From a virus (Duplodnaviria; Caudoviricetes): DNA of 28,984 bases. Positions 14,970 through 24,230 of this stretch are shown in pieces. The notes under the pieces are model-generated. The model was not told the DNA's origin and did no database searches. It saw only the letters and a list, made by a program, of their open reading frames with translations. Each line of letters begins with the position of its first letter. Within the stretch, counting starts at the first letter, position 1. The position numbers and the translations under genes were made by a program. The stretch is taken from positions 1-28,984 of IMG/VR virus record IMGVR_UViG_3300037419_002193; one strand, 5' to 3'.

Positions 14970-16136
14970 ATGCGCAACCGACACCGCAACGCGATCCGGA
15001 TGATCGGCCTGGCCGCCATGGCCGGCCTGGGCCTGCAGTACAACAACCCCACGACCGGGGCCGGCGACGGCCCCGCCGGCGGCGGGGGGGGCGGCGGCGG
15101 GGGCTCAGGGGGGTCGACCCCGCCGCCGCCGGCCAAGGCCCCGGCCCCGATCCCCGACACGACCGTCGAGCAGGACCTCGACCTGGCCGACCTCGACCGC
15201 CTGGCCGACCTCGACCGCCTGGCCGACGACGGCGGCGCGGCCGGGGGTGACGACGGCGACGGCGCGGGGGAGGGTGAGGAGGGAGCCGCGGGCGACGGCG
15301 GCGACGCCGGGGAAGGTGCGGCCGACGGCGAGGGCGAGGGCGGCGCCGCGGCCGAGGGCGAGGGCGAGGGGGACGCGGACCAAGGCGAAGAGGGGGCGGC
15401 CGCGGCGGAGGGCAAGGACGCCACCGCCGGGGCCGGCCAGGGGAAGGAAGCCGACGGCGACGCCGGCAAGGACCCCGCCGGCGACGGCGCCGGCGGCGCG
15501 GATCCGGCCGCCACGGAGGCGGCCCGGCAGTTCGCCCAGCGCGTGCGGGCCTTCCAGACCGGGTTCTCGACCCTCAAGGCCAAGCTGGCGGAGAAGGACC
15601 CGGCCAAGGCCTTCGACCCGGTCACCGACGGCGAGGCGTTCGCCCGCACGCTCCTGGAGGGCTTCGAGCTGCTCGACGCCCGCCTGTCGGAGGTCAGCGG
15701 CACCGTCACCCAGCAGCGGCAGGCCGCGGCCGCCGAGGACTTCTGGTCGACCTGGGGCAAGACCAACGCCGACGTCGGCGCCGCCAAGGCCCGCTCGGTC
15801 TGGCACGAGGAGGTCGCGGCGGCCCGCAAGAAGTACCCCACGGCCTCGGCCGAGACCCTGCAGGCCGTCGCCCAGGAGCGGTGGGAGAGCCGCGTGAACC
15901 TGATCCGCGCCCAGGCCAAGGCCGCCGCCAAGGGCAAGGGCGGGGCCAAGCCGGGGGCGCCCGCGGCCGCGAAGCCGGGCACCCCGCCGCGGCCGCCGGC
16001 GACCAAGGGCGGCGGCGCCGTGATCCCGCGGGCGGCCGCCGGCACCGGCACCCGCCCGCCGGCCCCGGCCAAGCCCCGCAGCGTCGACGACCGCCTCGAG
16101 GCCGGCGAGTACGGCAACCTCGCGGCGCTCGTCTGA
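14970..16136 (+). CDS. capsid scaffolding protein (putative)
   Basis: Directly before MCP; acidic Gly/Asp/Glu disordered N-half, helical middle, Pro/Lys C-tail ending in a short helix. Confidence 0.75.
   Translation: MRNRHRNAIRMIGLAAMAGLGLQYNNPTTGAGDGPAGGGGGGGGGSGGSTPPPPAKAPAPIPDTTVEQDLDLADLDRLADLDRLADDGGAAGGDDGDGAGEGEEGAAGDGGDAGEGAADGEGEGGAAAEGEGEGDADQGEEGAAAAEGKDATAGAGQGKEADGDAGKDPAGDGAGGADPAATEAARQFAQRVRAFQTGFSTLKAKLAEKDPAKAFDPVTDGEAFARTLLEGFELLDARLSEVSGTVTQQRQAAAAEDFWSTWGKTNADVGAAKARSVWHEEVAAARKKYPTASAETLQAVAQERWESRVNLIRAQAKAAAKGKGGAKPGAPAAAKPGTPPRPPATKGGGAVIPRAAAGTGTRPPAPAKPRSVDDRLEAGEYGNLAALV
15183..15227 (+). repeat. 2.5 x 18-bp in-frame tandem repeat CTGGCCGACCTCGACCGC (LADLDR)
   Basis: Exact copies at 15183-15200 and 15201-15218, partial 15219-15227. 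Confidence 0.85.
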
Positions 16137-16156
16137 GCGGGCCGCGGGGGCGGCGG

Positions 16157-16164
16157 CGAATAAC
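16157..16164 (+). promoter_or_regulatory. CGAATAAC motif copy 9, upstream of major capsid gene
   Basis: Exact 8-mer in intergenic gap. Confidence 0.75.
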
Positions 16165-16226
16165 GGCGGCGACACCACCAGCACACGACCCCGGACGCGA
16201 GGAGGAACGCGAAAGGGCGTGCACCG

Positions 16227-17402
16227 ATGGCTGACAGCGCAAAGATCCGTTCGGGCCTCGCGGGCCTGATGCAGGACCACCTCTCGGACAAGGCGGTGAG
16301 CCTGCTCGTGAACACGATGCCGTTGATCTACTTCCTGATCAACCGCGACGGCAACAAGGCCACCAACTTGAAGGGCACCGGCAACGGGGCCCCGGGCTTC
16401 TACGGCCTGGGCCGCTTCGCCACGGGCTCGCTGTTTTCGGGCGTGCCGGTCTCCAAGACCCGGCGCGAGCAGATCCTGAACAGCGACAAGTACATGCCGA
16501 TCGTCAACACGATCCTGCCGCCCGCGTCGGACGGCAAGGTCGCGACGATGACCGACACCATGCCCACCCGGGCCAACGCCACCACCAACACCACCTCCAG
16601 CCGCTTCGTCCGCCCCTTCTTCAAGTGGGTCGAGCGCATCGACCCCATCCTGGTCTGGAAGAAGGAGATCCGCCGCACCAAGAAGGCGGCCGCCAACGAG
16701 AAGGCCGCCAGCGTCGCCGTCGGCGACCTGTTCAAGAGCGAGGCCGAGCAGGTGATGACCACGCACCTGCAGTGGTGGAACGAGCAGTTCTGGGGCACGA
16801 ACGGCGCGGCGGGCGCCCCGTCCAACGTCGACGCCGACGTGTGGGACGCCAACTACAGCCTGCGCAACGCGAACAAGGCCGACAACGTCTACGGCGGCGT
16901 CGACCGCTCGATCGCCGGCAACGCCTGGTGGCGCGGGAATTACGACAACGTCGCCCGCCCGCCCGTGTTCGAGGACCTGATCAACGACGCGTGCTTCGTG
17001 AAGGGGATCGCGAAGAAGGGCCAGGGGGCCGAGCTGGCGCTGTGCAGCGTGCTGGACTTCCCGGTCTTCTGGGCCGAGGTCAAGGCCAAGGGCGGGCAGA
17101 TCTACTACGACGGCCTGCCGGACATGGGCGAGGTCGGCTTCAAGCGGCCGGTGTTCCGCTTCAACAACACGTTCTGCACGTTCGACCCCGAGTGCCCCCA
17201 GGGCGACCTGGCCGTGCTCAACCTCTCGACGTGGACCGTGGCCGTCAGCCCCGACGCCAACTTCACGGTCGACGACGCCTTCGACCTGTCGAAGACCGAC
17301 GGCGGCAAGGACGCGATCAAGAGCCAGATCCGCACCGAGATGATCGTGGCCAACGAGGCGCCCGGCCTCAACGTGTACTACGACAACATCCAGCAGGGGT
17401 GA
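16227..17402 (+). CDS. major capsid protein (putative HK97 fold)
   Basis: 391 aa after scaffold; very strong codon bias; YGGVDRS...WW and GF...F...DPECPQG...LN patterns typical of phage coats. Confidence 0.85.
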   Translation: MADSAKIRSGLAGLMQDHLSDKAVSLLVNTMPLIYFLINRDGNKATNLKGTGNGAPGFYGLGRFATGSLFSGVPVSKTRREQILNSDKYMPIVNTILPPASDGKVATMTDTMPTRANATTNTTSSRFVRPFFKWVERIDPILVWKKEIRRTKKAAANEKAASVAVGDLFKSEAEQVMTTHLQWWNEQFWGTNGAAGAPSNVDADVWDANYSLRNANKADNVYGGVDRSIAGNAWWRGNYDNVARPPVFEDLINDACFVKGIAKKGQGAELALCSVLDFPVFWAEVKAKGGQIYYDGLPDMGEVGFKRPVFRFNNTFCTFDPECPQGDLAVLNLSTWTVAVSPDANFTVDDAFDLSKTDGGKDAIKSQIRTEMIVANEAPGLNVYYDNIQQG

Positions 17403-17512
17403 GCCCCGCCGCCCCCGCCCGCGCGTAGCGAGATACCCCAGAAACGGGCGGCGGGCCCGGCCAGCCCGGCCCCCCGCCCACAACGAACGACGACCGCAAG
17501 GACGGCCCCACC

Positions 17513-18283
17513 ATGGCACTCGCAAAACAGAAGTCCCGGCTCCGCCAGATCCGCGCCGCCCAGAACGGCTACACGGAGGTCAACGGGATCGCGCAGTTCA
17601 ACGCCCAGGACGCCAGCGGCGAGCTCAACTGCCTGCTGCAGAACGTCGAGGACTTCGTGGCGTTCCCGATCGGCCCGGTCGCGGCCGACGAGTCGATCTA
17701 CCTCGACGAGGCGGCGCAGGTGAACGCCGACAGCCTGATGATCTCCCGCCCGGCGTCCAAGACGGTGACGGTCACCCGCACCGGGGCCGCGAAGACCGCC
17801 GGCCTGTACTTCGCCTTCCGCTACCGCGGGTACCTGCTCCTGATCGGGATCCTCCTCGCGGGGCTCTTCGGGGGCGGGTGCAGCGAGTACGCCACCGTGC
17901 GGGACGCCAAGACCGGCGACACGGTCTACGGCCCGGCCCCGGTCGTCCGCGACGCCGCCGGCGTGGCCCACGACGCCAAGACCGGCACCACGCTCCCGGC
18001 CGCCAACCCGGCCACGGGCAACGGCGTGACGACCACGACGGACAAGCAGCTCGACCCGGACAAGGTCGAGCAGGTCGGCGGGGCCGTCGTCGGCGTCGCG
18101 GCCGACGCCGCGACCGTGGCCGGCGGCCCGACGCTCGGCGACGCGGTCAAGGTGCTGGGCGGGGCGGGCGTGGTGCTGCTGGGCAACTACCTCCGCAGCC
18201 GGCGTAAGCGGCCGCCCCCGGCCGGCGGCCGGCAGACGCCGACGGCGGCCATCGTCACCGACCCCCTCGCCCCGCCCCAGTGA
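17513..18283 (+). CDS. two-part protein: virion-protein-like N-domain + internal lipoprotein-type signal and C-terminal TM
   Basis: RYRGY-LLLIGILLAGLFGGG-C123; second hydrophobic segment AVKVLGGAGVVLLGNYL followed by RSRRKR. Confidence 0.7.
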   Translation: MALAKQKSRLRQIRAAQNGYTEVNGIAQFNAQDASGELNCLLQNVEDFVAFPIGPVAADESIYLDEAAQVNADSLMISRPASKTVTVTRTGAAKTAGLYFAFRYRGYLLLIGILLAGLFGGGCSEYATVRDAKTGDTVYGPAPVVRDAAGVAHDAKTGTTLPAANPATGNGVTTTTDKQLDPDKVEQVGGAVVGVAADAATVAGGPTLGDAVKVLGGAGVVLLGNYLRSRRKRPPPAGGRQTPTAAIVTDPLAPPQ

Positions 18284-18630
18284 TGTCCGACGCACCGGAC
18301 CAACCCGCAACGACCAAGGAGGGCGGGCGCATGAAGTTAGCCCCGCTCCTGGGCCCGGCCGTGCTCGGCGCCGTCGCCAGCCGCACCGCCGACTTCCCCC
18401 TGCCCGAGGCCCTCAAGCTCGCCCGGGACTGGGGCATCGTGGTCGTGCTGATCTGGCTGATCTGGTACGGGGTCACCGTGTTCGTCCCCCGGATGGGCCG
18501 CCAGCAGGCCGACACGATCAAGGCCCTGGCCGACCGGTTCGGGGAGGAGCTCAAGGCCGAGCGCGACCAGCGGCAGGCGATGCAGTCCCGCGTGGTCGAC
18601 CTGCTGGAGAAGCACCTGCCCAAGGAGTGA
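18280..18630 (+). CDS. holin-like membrane protein with C-terminal coiled coil
   Basis: WGIVVVLIWLIWYGVTVFV TM; charged helical tail; alternative start ATG 18331 after AAGGAGG. Confidence 0.55.
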   Translation: MMSDAPDQPATTKEGGRMKLAPLLGPAVLGAVASRTADFPLPEALKLARDWGIVVVLIWLIWYGVTVFVPRMGRQQADTIKALADRFGEELKAERDQRQAMQSRVVDLLEKHLPKE

Positions 18631-18637
18631 CCCGCCC

Positions 18638-18883
18638 ATGCCCCAGCTCCACACGATGCCCGACAACCACGCCGAGGCCGTCGCCCCCAGCGACGCGGCG
18701 GACCTGCCCAAGGGCAAGACCAAGGCCCTGTGGGTCGGCGGCGCCGGCAACCTCAGCGTCGACATGGCCAGCGGCGCGACGGTCCTGATCAGCGGCGTCC
18801 CCGCCGGCACCCGCCTGCCCTTCTCGGTCAAGCGCGTGCGGTCGACCAACACTACCGCGACGCTGATCCTCGCCGTCTACTGA
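18638..18883 (+). CDS. head spike-base protein (RcGTA Rcc01079-like)
   Basis: AVAPSDAADL...ALWVGGAGNLSVDM...VPAGTRLPFSVKRVRSTNTTATLILAVY matches my recollection of that family; AAGGAG SD. Confidence 0.75.
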   Translation: MPQLHTMPDNHAEAVAPSDAADLPKGKTKALWVGGAGNLSVDMASGATVLISGVPAGTRLPFSVKRVRSTNTTATLILAVY

Positions 18884-18895
18884 GCCGCCCGGCGG

Positions 18896-18903
18896 CGAAT
18901 AAC
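18896..18903 (+). promoter_or_regulatory. CGAATAAC motif copy 10, 6 nt before ATG 18910
   Basis: Exact 8-mer. Confidence 0.75.
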
Positions 18904-18909
18904 GCCGGC

Positions 18910-20226
18910 ATGAACCCCAAGCCCCCGCTCAACGTCAACGGCGTGCGGTTCGAGCGCCCGCGGCCCGTGCCGGTCCCCCACGCCCTCCAGGTGCGGCCCG
19001 AGGACCACGCGCGGTACCACAAGGTCACCGGCGCGTGGGGCCGGCACGTGACGACGTTCACGCCCGGCCAGATCGAGGACGGCGCGGACTTCGGCGACGC
19101 CGACGGCTACGACCTGCGCCCGTTCGCCGAGCGGCACCCGCTGCTCAACGCCCTGGGCTGGCTGCTGGTGCTGGCGATCGGGGTGATGGTCGGCACGTTC
19201 CTCCTGACCCTGTTCCTGGGCCCGCGGGCCTACGGGCAGGCCCTGCCGGCCACGCGGCCCGTGCGCTTCGGGGTCTACAGCCAGCGGCTGGACCTCCTGC
19301 CCCAGTGGCGGGCCCTGGGCTTCACGTTCTACTGCTACTCCGAGCTCCAGGGCGGCAAGGTCGACCAGCGCACCTACCGCAAGACCGCCGCGGCCGCGGG
19401 GTGGGACTACTTCGACACCTACCTCGACGACGACGACGCGGCCGACCCGCACCTGCTCGGCTGGCTCCCGCGCAACCACGACGAGTGGAACCGCCGCCGG
19501 CCCCCGCTCGCCCCGATCAAGGACGAGATCGCGAAGCTGGCCGCCCTCAACGCCCGCACCGGGGCCAACAAGCTGATCCTGGTCAACGCCGACGGCATGG
19601 GGGTGACGGCCGCCCTGTGGGAGAAGCCGCCGTACAACGGCGTGGCCAACGGCGAGCGGGAGGTCCTGACCGCCGGCCCCACGGCCTGGAGCCTGGACTG
19701 GTACCCGGTCGTCAACACCGCCGCCGACACGCCCGACCAGGTCGCCCGCCGCCCGATGTACCTGCCCGCCCAGGGGCTGTGGCGGCTGGCCACCTGGGGC
19801 CAGGCCTGGCGCGTCGCCCCGCGGGCCCGGCTGGTGATCCTCGAGGCCAATAAGGGGTACAAGTCCCCGCTCCGCGTCACGCCGGCGCAGATGGCCGAGC
19901 AGCTCGAGTACGTGATGGGCGACCGGCCCTTCCCGATCCCGGACGCCAACGCCAAGCCCCTGAACGTGCAGAGCCGGCTGGCCGACATGGTCGTCTACTG
20001 GACGGCCAACGGGCAGGACGGACCGGGCTTCGACTGGGACACGACCACGCCCGAGCAGCGGGACATGATGCGCCGGCTCATCGCCCGCTACGGCGGCAAC
20101 CCGGCCCTGGCCGCGGCCCTGGCCGAGAACGCCGCCCTCCGCGCCGACCGCGACGCGCGGGCCGCGGCGATCGAGGCCGTGCGGCGGATCCTGGCCACCC
20201 AACCCACGACGACCGGGGGGAACTGA
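18910..20226 (+). CDS. membrane-anchored glycoside-hydrolase-like (TIM-barrel) protein
   Basis: TM LGWLLVLAIGVMVGTFLLTLFL; FGVYSQ, LLGWL...HDEWN, SLDWYPV and VILE resemble clan GH-A strand motifs; C-terminal coiled coil. Start reassigned from 18730. Confidence 0.6.
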   Translation: MNPKPPLNVNGVRFERPRPVPVPHALQVRPEDHARYHKVTGAWGRHVTTFTPGQIEDGADFGDADGYDLRPFAERHPLLNALGWLLVLAIGVMVGTFLLTLFLGPRAYGQALPATRPVRFGVYSQRLDLLPQWRALGFTFYCYSELQGGKVDQRTYRKTAAAAGWDYFDTYLDDDDAADPHLLGWLPRNHDEWNRRRPPLAPIKDEIAKLAALNARTGANKLILVNADGMGVTAALWEKPPYNGVANGEREVLTAGPTAWSLDWYPVVNTAADTPDQVARRPMYLPAQGLWRLATWGQAWRVAPRARLVILEANKGYKSPLRVTPAQMAEQLEYVMGDRPFPIPDANAKPLNVQSRLADMVVYWTANGQDGPGFDWDTTTPEQRDMMRRLIARYGGNPALAAALAENAALRADRDARAAAIEAVRRILATQPTTTGGN

Positions 20227-20231
20227 CCACC

Positions 20232-20867
20232 ATGAACACCTTCCTCGCCCGCGCAAGCCTGTACCTGTCCGACCACACCGACGCCGAGCTGGTGGCGATG
20301 TGGGCCGCGCCGCAGACCGACCGGCTGCGGCCCAACACGTTCGTCCGCTTCCGCACCCTCTACGCGATCGTCCCGGCGATCGACGTCAAGGGGATCAAGG
20401 ACCGGATGCTCGCCACCTACCAGGCCCTGCTCCAGTCCACCGACCCGGCCCTGCTGGCGCTGGGCGACCAGCTCCAGGCGACCTACGGGTACATGATGGG
20501 CCAGCGGGAGGACGACGGGATCGACGTCGGCCGCCCGACCGTCCGGGTCGTCGCCCGCGCCCTGACCCAGCCGATCGTCCCCAGCGTCGCCGCGGTCATC
20601 CCCGACGCGGCCACGCTCGACGCGATCCTGGCCCCGGGGGGGAGCGAGTACACCTGGCTCCAGGAGGACGGCCTGGGCGACCAGGAAGCCCACTTCGCGG
20701 CGGCGCGGGTGGCCAAGGCCCGGCTCGACGCCGTCGCGGCGAGCGGGCCGGCCCTGGTGGCGTGGCAGGACGCAGAGGTGGCGAAGGTGCAGCAGTGGGC
20801 GGCCGGCGGGTTCGCGGGGGATCTGGCGGCGCTGACCCCGTTCGCGTACCCGGCCGGAGGTCAGTAG
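20232..20867 (+). CDS. hypothetical protein (probable virion)
   Basis: 211 aa, G/C-ending codons, within structural module. Confidence 0.8.
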   Translation: MNTFLARASLYLSDHTDAELVAMWAAPQTDRLRPNTFVRFRTLYAIVPAIDVKGIKDRMLATYQALLQSTDPALLALGDQLQATYGYMMGQREDDGIDVGRPTVRVVARALTQPIVPSVAAVIPDAATLDAILAPGGSEYTWLQEDGLGDQEAHFAAARVAKARLDAVAASGPALVAWQDAEVAKVQQWAAGGFAGDLAALTPFAYPAGGQ

Positions 20868-21611
20868 GTGATCCTGACCGGCGGCAACCTCGGCCGAAGC
20901 GGCGTCCTCACGGGCGGGCGGCTCTCCCGCGCGGCCGTGGCGGCGGCCGGCGGGTCGTCCTCCCTCCTGACCGGGCTCGTGTCCTACTGGAAGATGGACG
21001 AGGCCAGCGGCACCCGCAACGACAGCGCCGGCACCAACCACCTGACCAGCAACAACGGCGTCGCCCAGGTGTCCGGCAAGCTCGGCAACGCGGCCGGGTT
21101 CACCGCCGCGTCCAGCCAGTCCCTGAGCATCGCCAGCAACGCCACGATCCAGTTCAACGACGCCGACTTCACGTACGCCGGGTGGGTGTGGTTCGACGAC
21201 CTGACCGTCAGCTTCCAATTCCCCTTCGTGCTCGGCAAGGGGCCGAACGGCTCGGACGAGGTGGAGCTCTTCATCGACGGCGGTACGCCGACACTCGCGT
21301 GGCGGGTGAACGGCTCCGCCCTCGTCGAGAAGGCCTTTTCGGGCACGGGGGCGTGGCTGTTCTTCGAGGCGTGGCACGACCACACCAACGACCTCATCGG
21401 CATCAACATCAACAACGGGACGGCCGTGACCGGTGCCTTCGCGGGCGGCATCACGTACAGCGGCGGGGCGCTCTACGTCGGCGCCCGCCCCAACCCCGAC
21501 CTCTACCTCAGCGGACGGGTCGACGGGTTGGGGCTGTGGAGCCGCCTGCTGACCAGCGCCGAACGCGCCGCCCTCTACAACTCGGGCGCCGGGATCGATT
21601 ATCCGTTCTAG
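20868..21611 (+). CDS. LamG/concanavalin-A-like jellyroll protein (fibre/receptor-binding candidate)
   Basis: GLVSYWKMDEASG...GKLGNA...FTYAGWV...LYVGA...LSGRVDGLGLWSRLLTSAERAALYN; GGAGG SD. Confidence 0.85.
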   Translation: MILTGGNLGRSGVLTGGRLSRAAVAAAGGSSSLLTGLVSYWKMDEASGTRNDSAGTNHLTSNNGVAQVSGKLGNAAGFTAASSQSLSIASNATIQFNDADFTYAGWVWFDDLTVSFQFPFVLGKGPNGSDEVELFIDGGTPTLAWRVNGSALVEKAFSGTGAWLFFEAWHDHTNDLIGININNGTAVTGAFAGGITYSGGALYVGARPNPDLYLSGRVDGLGLWSRLLTSAERAALYNSGAGIDYPF

Positions 21612-21627
21612 TGGGAGCTTCGGGTAG

Positions 21628-23223
21628 ATGAGCTTTCGTGGCATCGACATCCGCAGCAGCGGCGACCGGGTCATCGTCCGGGCCTTCCTGCTCGACTCCG
21701 CCAACGCGATCGTCACCGCGGCCGGGGCCACCCTGCGCCTGTACGAGGTGCAGTCCGACGGCTCGCTCAAGAGCTACGACTTCTCGAGCAACACGTTCAA
21801 GACCACCGGCCTGACGACGGAAACCGCCAGCCTCACCCACCGGCAGGGGAACAACAACACGACCAACACGGGCGTGCACACGTACGCCCTGACCACGGTC
21901 AGCGGGTTCACCCGCGGCAACGTCTACCTGGCCGTCGTCGACCACGCGAGCGCCGTCCCGACGCGGCAGGTGCGGGAGTTCCAGTACGGCGAGGGCGAGG
22001 GGGACTTCACGGTCGACGCCAGCGGGCAGGTGACCGTCGGGGTCAACAACGACAAGGGCGACACCGTGCTGGCCGGCACGCAGTCGTTCGACAACGCCGG
22101 GCAGACCGCGAACCTGCCGGTGAACGTCAAGGCGTGGAAGGACACCGCGGTCGACACGTACGCCAACGACGTGCAGGCGGCGGCGGCCAGCGCGGCCTCG
22201 GCCAACAACAAGGCCGGGGCCAACCAGACGACGCTGACCGGCGTCGTGGCCAAGCTCGGCAACCCGGCCAACGTCAGCCTGGCGAACGACATCGCGGCCA
22301 ACCTCGCCGCGATCCAGAACATCCAGAAGAACACGTTCATCGGCACCAACGTCCCGCCCGTGCTCGAACTGCCCGACGCCGGGAGCGAGGCCGTGGCCCT
22401 CACGGTGACCTTCGCCGACGAGACCGGCGCCCCGGCCGACATCGACGCCGGCGCGTCGCCGACCGTCGTGCTGGTCAACAACGCCGGCACCAGCCGCGCC
22501 GGGCGGCTCAGCGCGTGGGCGCACCCGGCCACGGGCAAGTACACGGCCACGTACACCAGCACGGCCGGGGACGCCCTGGAGACCCTGCACTGGGAGTTCA
22601 CCGGGACGGTCAACGCCAAGCTCCGCCGGCACGTGCTATCCACCCAGCTCGTCGACACGACGGCCGTCGACTACACGTCGGCCGACCGGACCCGGGACGC
22701 GCAGACCGCCAGCGACGTGGCCGCGATCAAGCTCAAGACCGACAACCTGCCGGCCGACCCGGCCGACGCCAGCGACATCGCCGCGGCGTTCAACACGGTC
22801 AACGCGTCGCTGACGACGATCTCCGGCTACGTCGACACCGAGGTCGCCGCCATCAAGCTCGTCACCGACCACCTGGCCACGGCCCTGGAGACCGTCGGCG
22901 GCGGGGTCTACCGCTTCACCGCGCCGGCCCTGGCCCAGGCCCCGGCCGGCGGCTCGGGCTCGGGCGGGGTGGCCGGCCCCGGCTCGGACGTGTGCACGCT
23001 GACCGTCACCCGCCCCGACGGCGTCACCCCGATCGCCGACGCCGACGTGTGGCTCACGGCCACGGCCGGCAGCCCCACCCCGGCCGTCGCCGGCACGCGC
23101 CAGACCGACAGCAACGGCCGCGTGACCTTCCTGCTCGACGCGGGGGCGACCTACTACCTCTGGGCCCAGAAGGACGGCGAGCAGGACGTCCGCGGGCTGG
23201 CGTTCGTGGCGGAGGCCGACTGA
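21628..23223 (+). CDS. fibre-like virion protein with Ig-like/prealbumin-like domains
   Basis: Thr/Ala/Asn-rich; repeated DVAAIKLKTDNL/EVAAIKLVTDHL coils; C-terminal PIADADVWL...TDSNGRVTFLLDAGATYYLWAQKDG. Confidence 0.75.
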   Translation: MSFRGIDIRSSGDRVIVRAFLLDSANAIVTAAGATLRLYEVQSDGSLKSYDFSSNTFKTTGLTTETASLTHRQGNNNTTNTGVHTYALTTVSGFTRGNVYLAVVDHASAVPTRQVREFQYGEGEGDFTVDASGQVTVGVNNDKGDTVLAGTQSFDNAGQTANLPVNVKAWKDTAVDTYANDVQAAAASAASANNKAGANQTTLTGVVAKLGNPANVSLANDIAANLAAIQNIQKNTFIGTNVPPVLELPDAGSEAVALTVTFADETGAPADIDAGASPTVVLVNNAGTSRAGRLSAWAHPATGKYTATYTSTAGDALETLHWEFTGTVNAKLRRHVLSTQLVDTTAVDYTSADRTRDAQTASDVAAIKLKTDNLPADPADASDIAAAFNTVNASLTTISGYVDTEVAAIKLVTDHLATALETVGGGVYRFTAPALAQAPAGGSGSGGVAGPGSDVCTLTVTRPDGVTPIADADVWLTATAGSPTPAVAGTRQTDSNGRVTFLLDAGATYYLWAQKDGEQDVRGLAFVAEAD

Positions 23224-23225
23224 CC

Positions 23226-23930
23226 ATGGGCAACCAGTTCACGATGACCCCGGCCGCCGCGCCGGCCCAGGGGATGACCCTCCAGGAGGCCCGCAAGTGG
23301 GTCCGCTTCTACGCCCGCGACGCCGCCGGGTCGAAGAGTGCCTACCAGGACGAGGACGTCGACCGCGCCCTGGCGGCCGTCGGCGAGCAGTTCTGCCGGG
23401 TGACCACGTGCAACCGCCGCGCGGACTCGGTCGCGATCGCCGCCGGCGACGCGGCGGTCGACCTGGCGAGCCTGGGGGCGGGCTTCCACCCCGAGCGGGT
23501 CGTGTCGGCGATGGTCGTCGGCTCGGCCTGCGCCCTGCGGCGGCCGACCTGGGCGGACCTGCAGCGCAAGGCGGCCGAGTGCCCCGCCCCGGGCCGGCCG
23601 GCGGAGATCGCCTGGGAGGCGCCCGGCGGCGCCCAGGTCTGGCCCACCCCGGACGCCGACTACACGCTCAAGGTGCAGTGGTGGGAGCCGTTCACGACCT
23701 GGACGCCCGGGGTGGACGACGCGACGGCCGCGACGATCACGCTCAACTGCCGGCCGGACTACCTGGTGCAGTGGCTGCCGTTCGGGCCCACGGCGATGCT
23801 GCAGCACAACGAGCCGGACATGGCCTACGCCAGCGAGAGCTGGCAGAAGTACCTGGCCGTGGAGGCGAAGCTCCGGGGGGCGGGGGCGCTGGGGGCGCGG
23901 ACGCTCACCCGGCGCAAGGCGTGCTGGTAG
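23226..23930 (+). CDS. head-tail adaptor / tail tubular protein-like
   Basis: MTLQEARKWVR...DVDRAL...FCRVT and GRP...QVWPTPDADYTLKV patterns of phage adaptor proteins; start reassigned from 22134. Confidence 0.7.
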   Translation: MGNQFTMTPAAAPAQGMTLQEARKWVRFYARDAAGSKSAYQDEDVDRALAAVGEQFCRVTTCNRRADSVAIAAGDAAVDLASLGAGFHPERVVSAMVVGSACALRRPTWADLQRKAAECPAPGRPAEIAWEAPGGAQVWPTPDADYTLKVQWWEPFTTWTPGVDDATAATITLNCRPDYLVQWLPFGPTAMLQHNEPDMAYASESWQKYLAVEAKLRGAGALGARTLTRRKACW

Positions 23931-23941
23931 GATCGCCCGCC

Positions 23942-24199
23942 ATGAACGAGCCCGCCCGCCCGGCCCCGATCCGCATCGAGATCCCACCCGCGCCGCCGCC
24001 GCCACCCTCGCCCGCCCAGCGGGCCGCCGCCGTCACGATCGCCGCCATCCGCGAGGCGGGCATCGACCCGCGCAAGGCCGCGGACGTGCCGATGATCCGC
24101 CAGCTCGTCGCCGAGTGGCTGCACGGCCGCCAGAGCCGGGCCACGTTCATCGACTGCTGCCGCAAGGTCGCGATCCTCAACCCGTCCCTGCTCGCCTGA
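23942..24199 (+). CDS. hypothetical protein
   Basis: ATG 23942 fills gap; G/C-ending codons. Confidence 0.65.
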   Translation: MNEPARPAPIRIEIPPAPPPPPSPAQRAAAVTIAAIREAGIDPRKAADVPMIRQLVAEWLHGRQSRATFIDCCRKVAILNPSLLA

Positions 24200-24230
24200 C
24201 CGCCGACGGCCCCCGCGCGTGCCCGGCCGG

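Noticed and set aside
19847-19854. CCAATAAG as a 13th late motif
   Set aside because: Two mismatches, mid-gene, no start codon at the expected spacing
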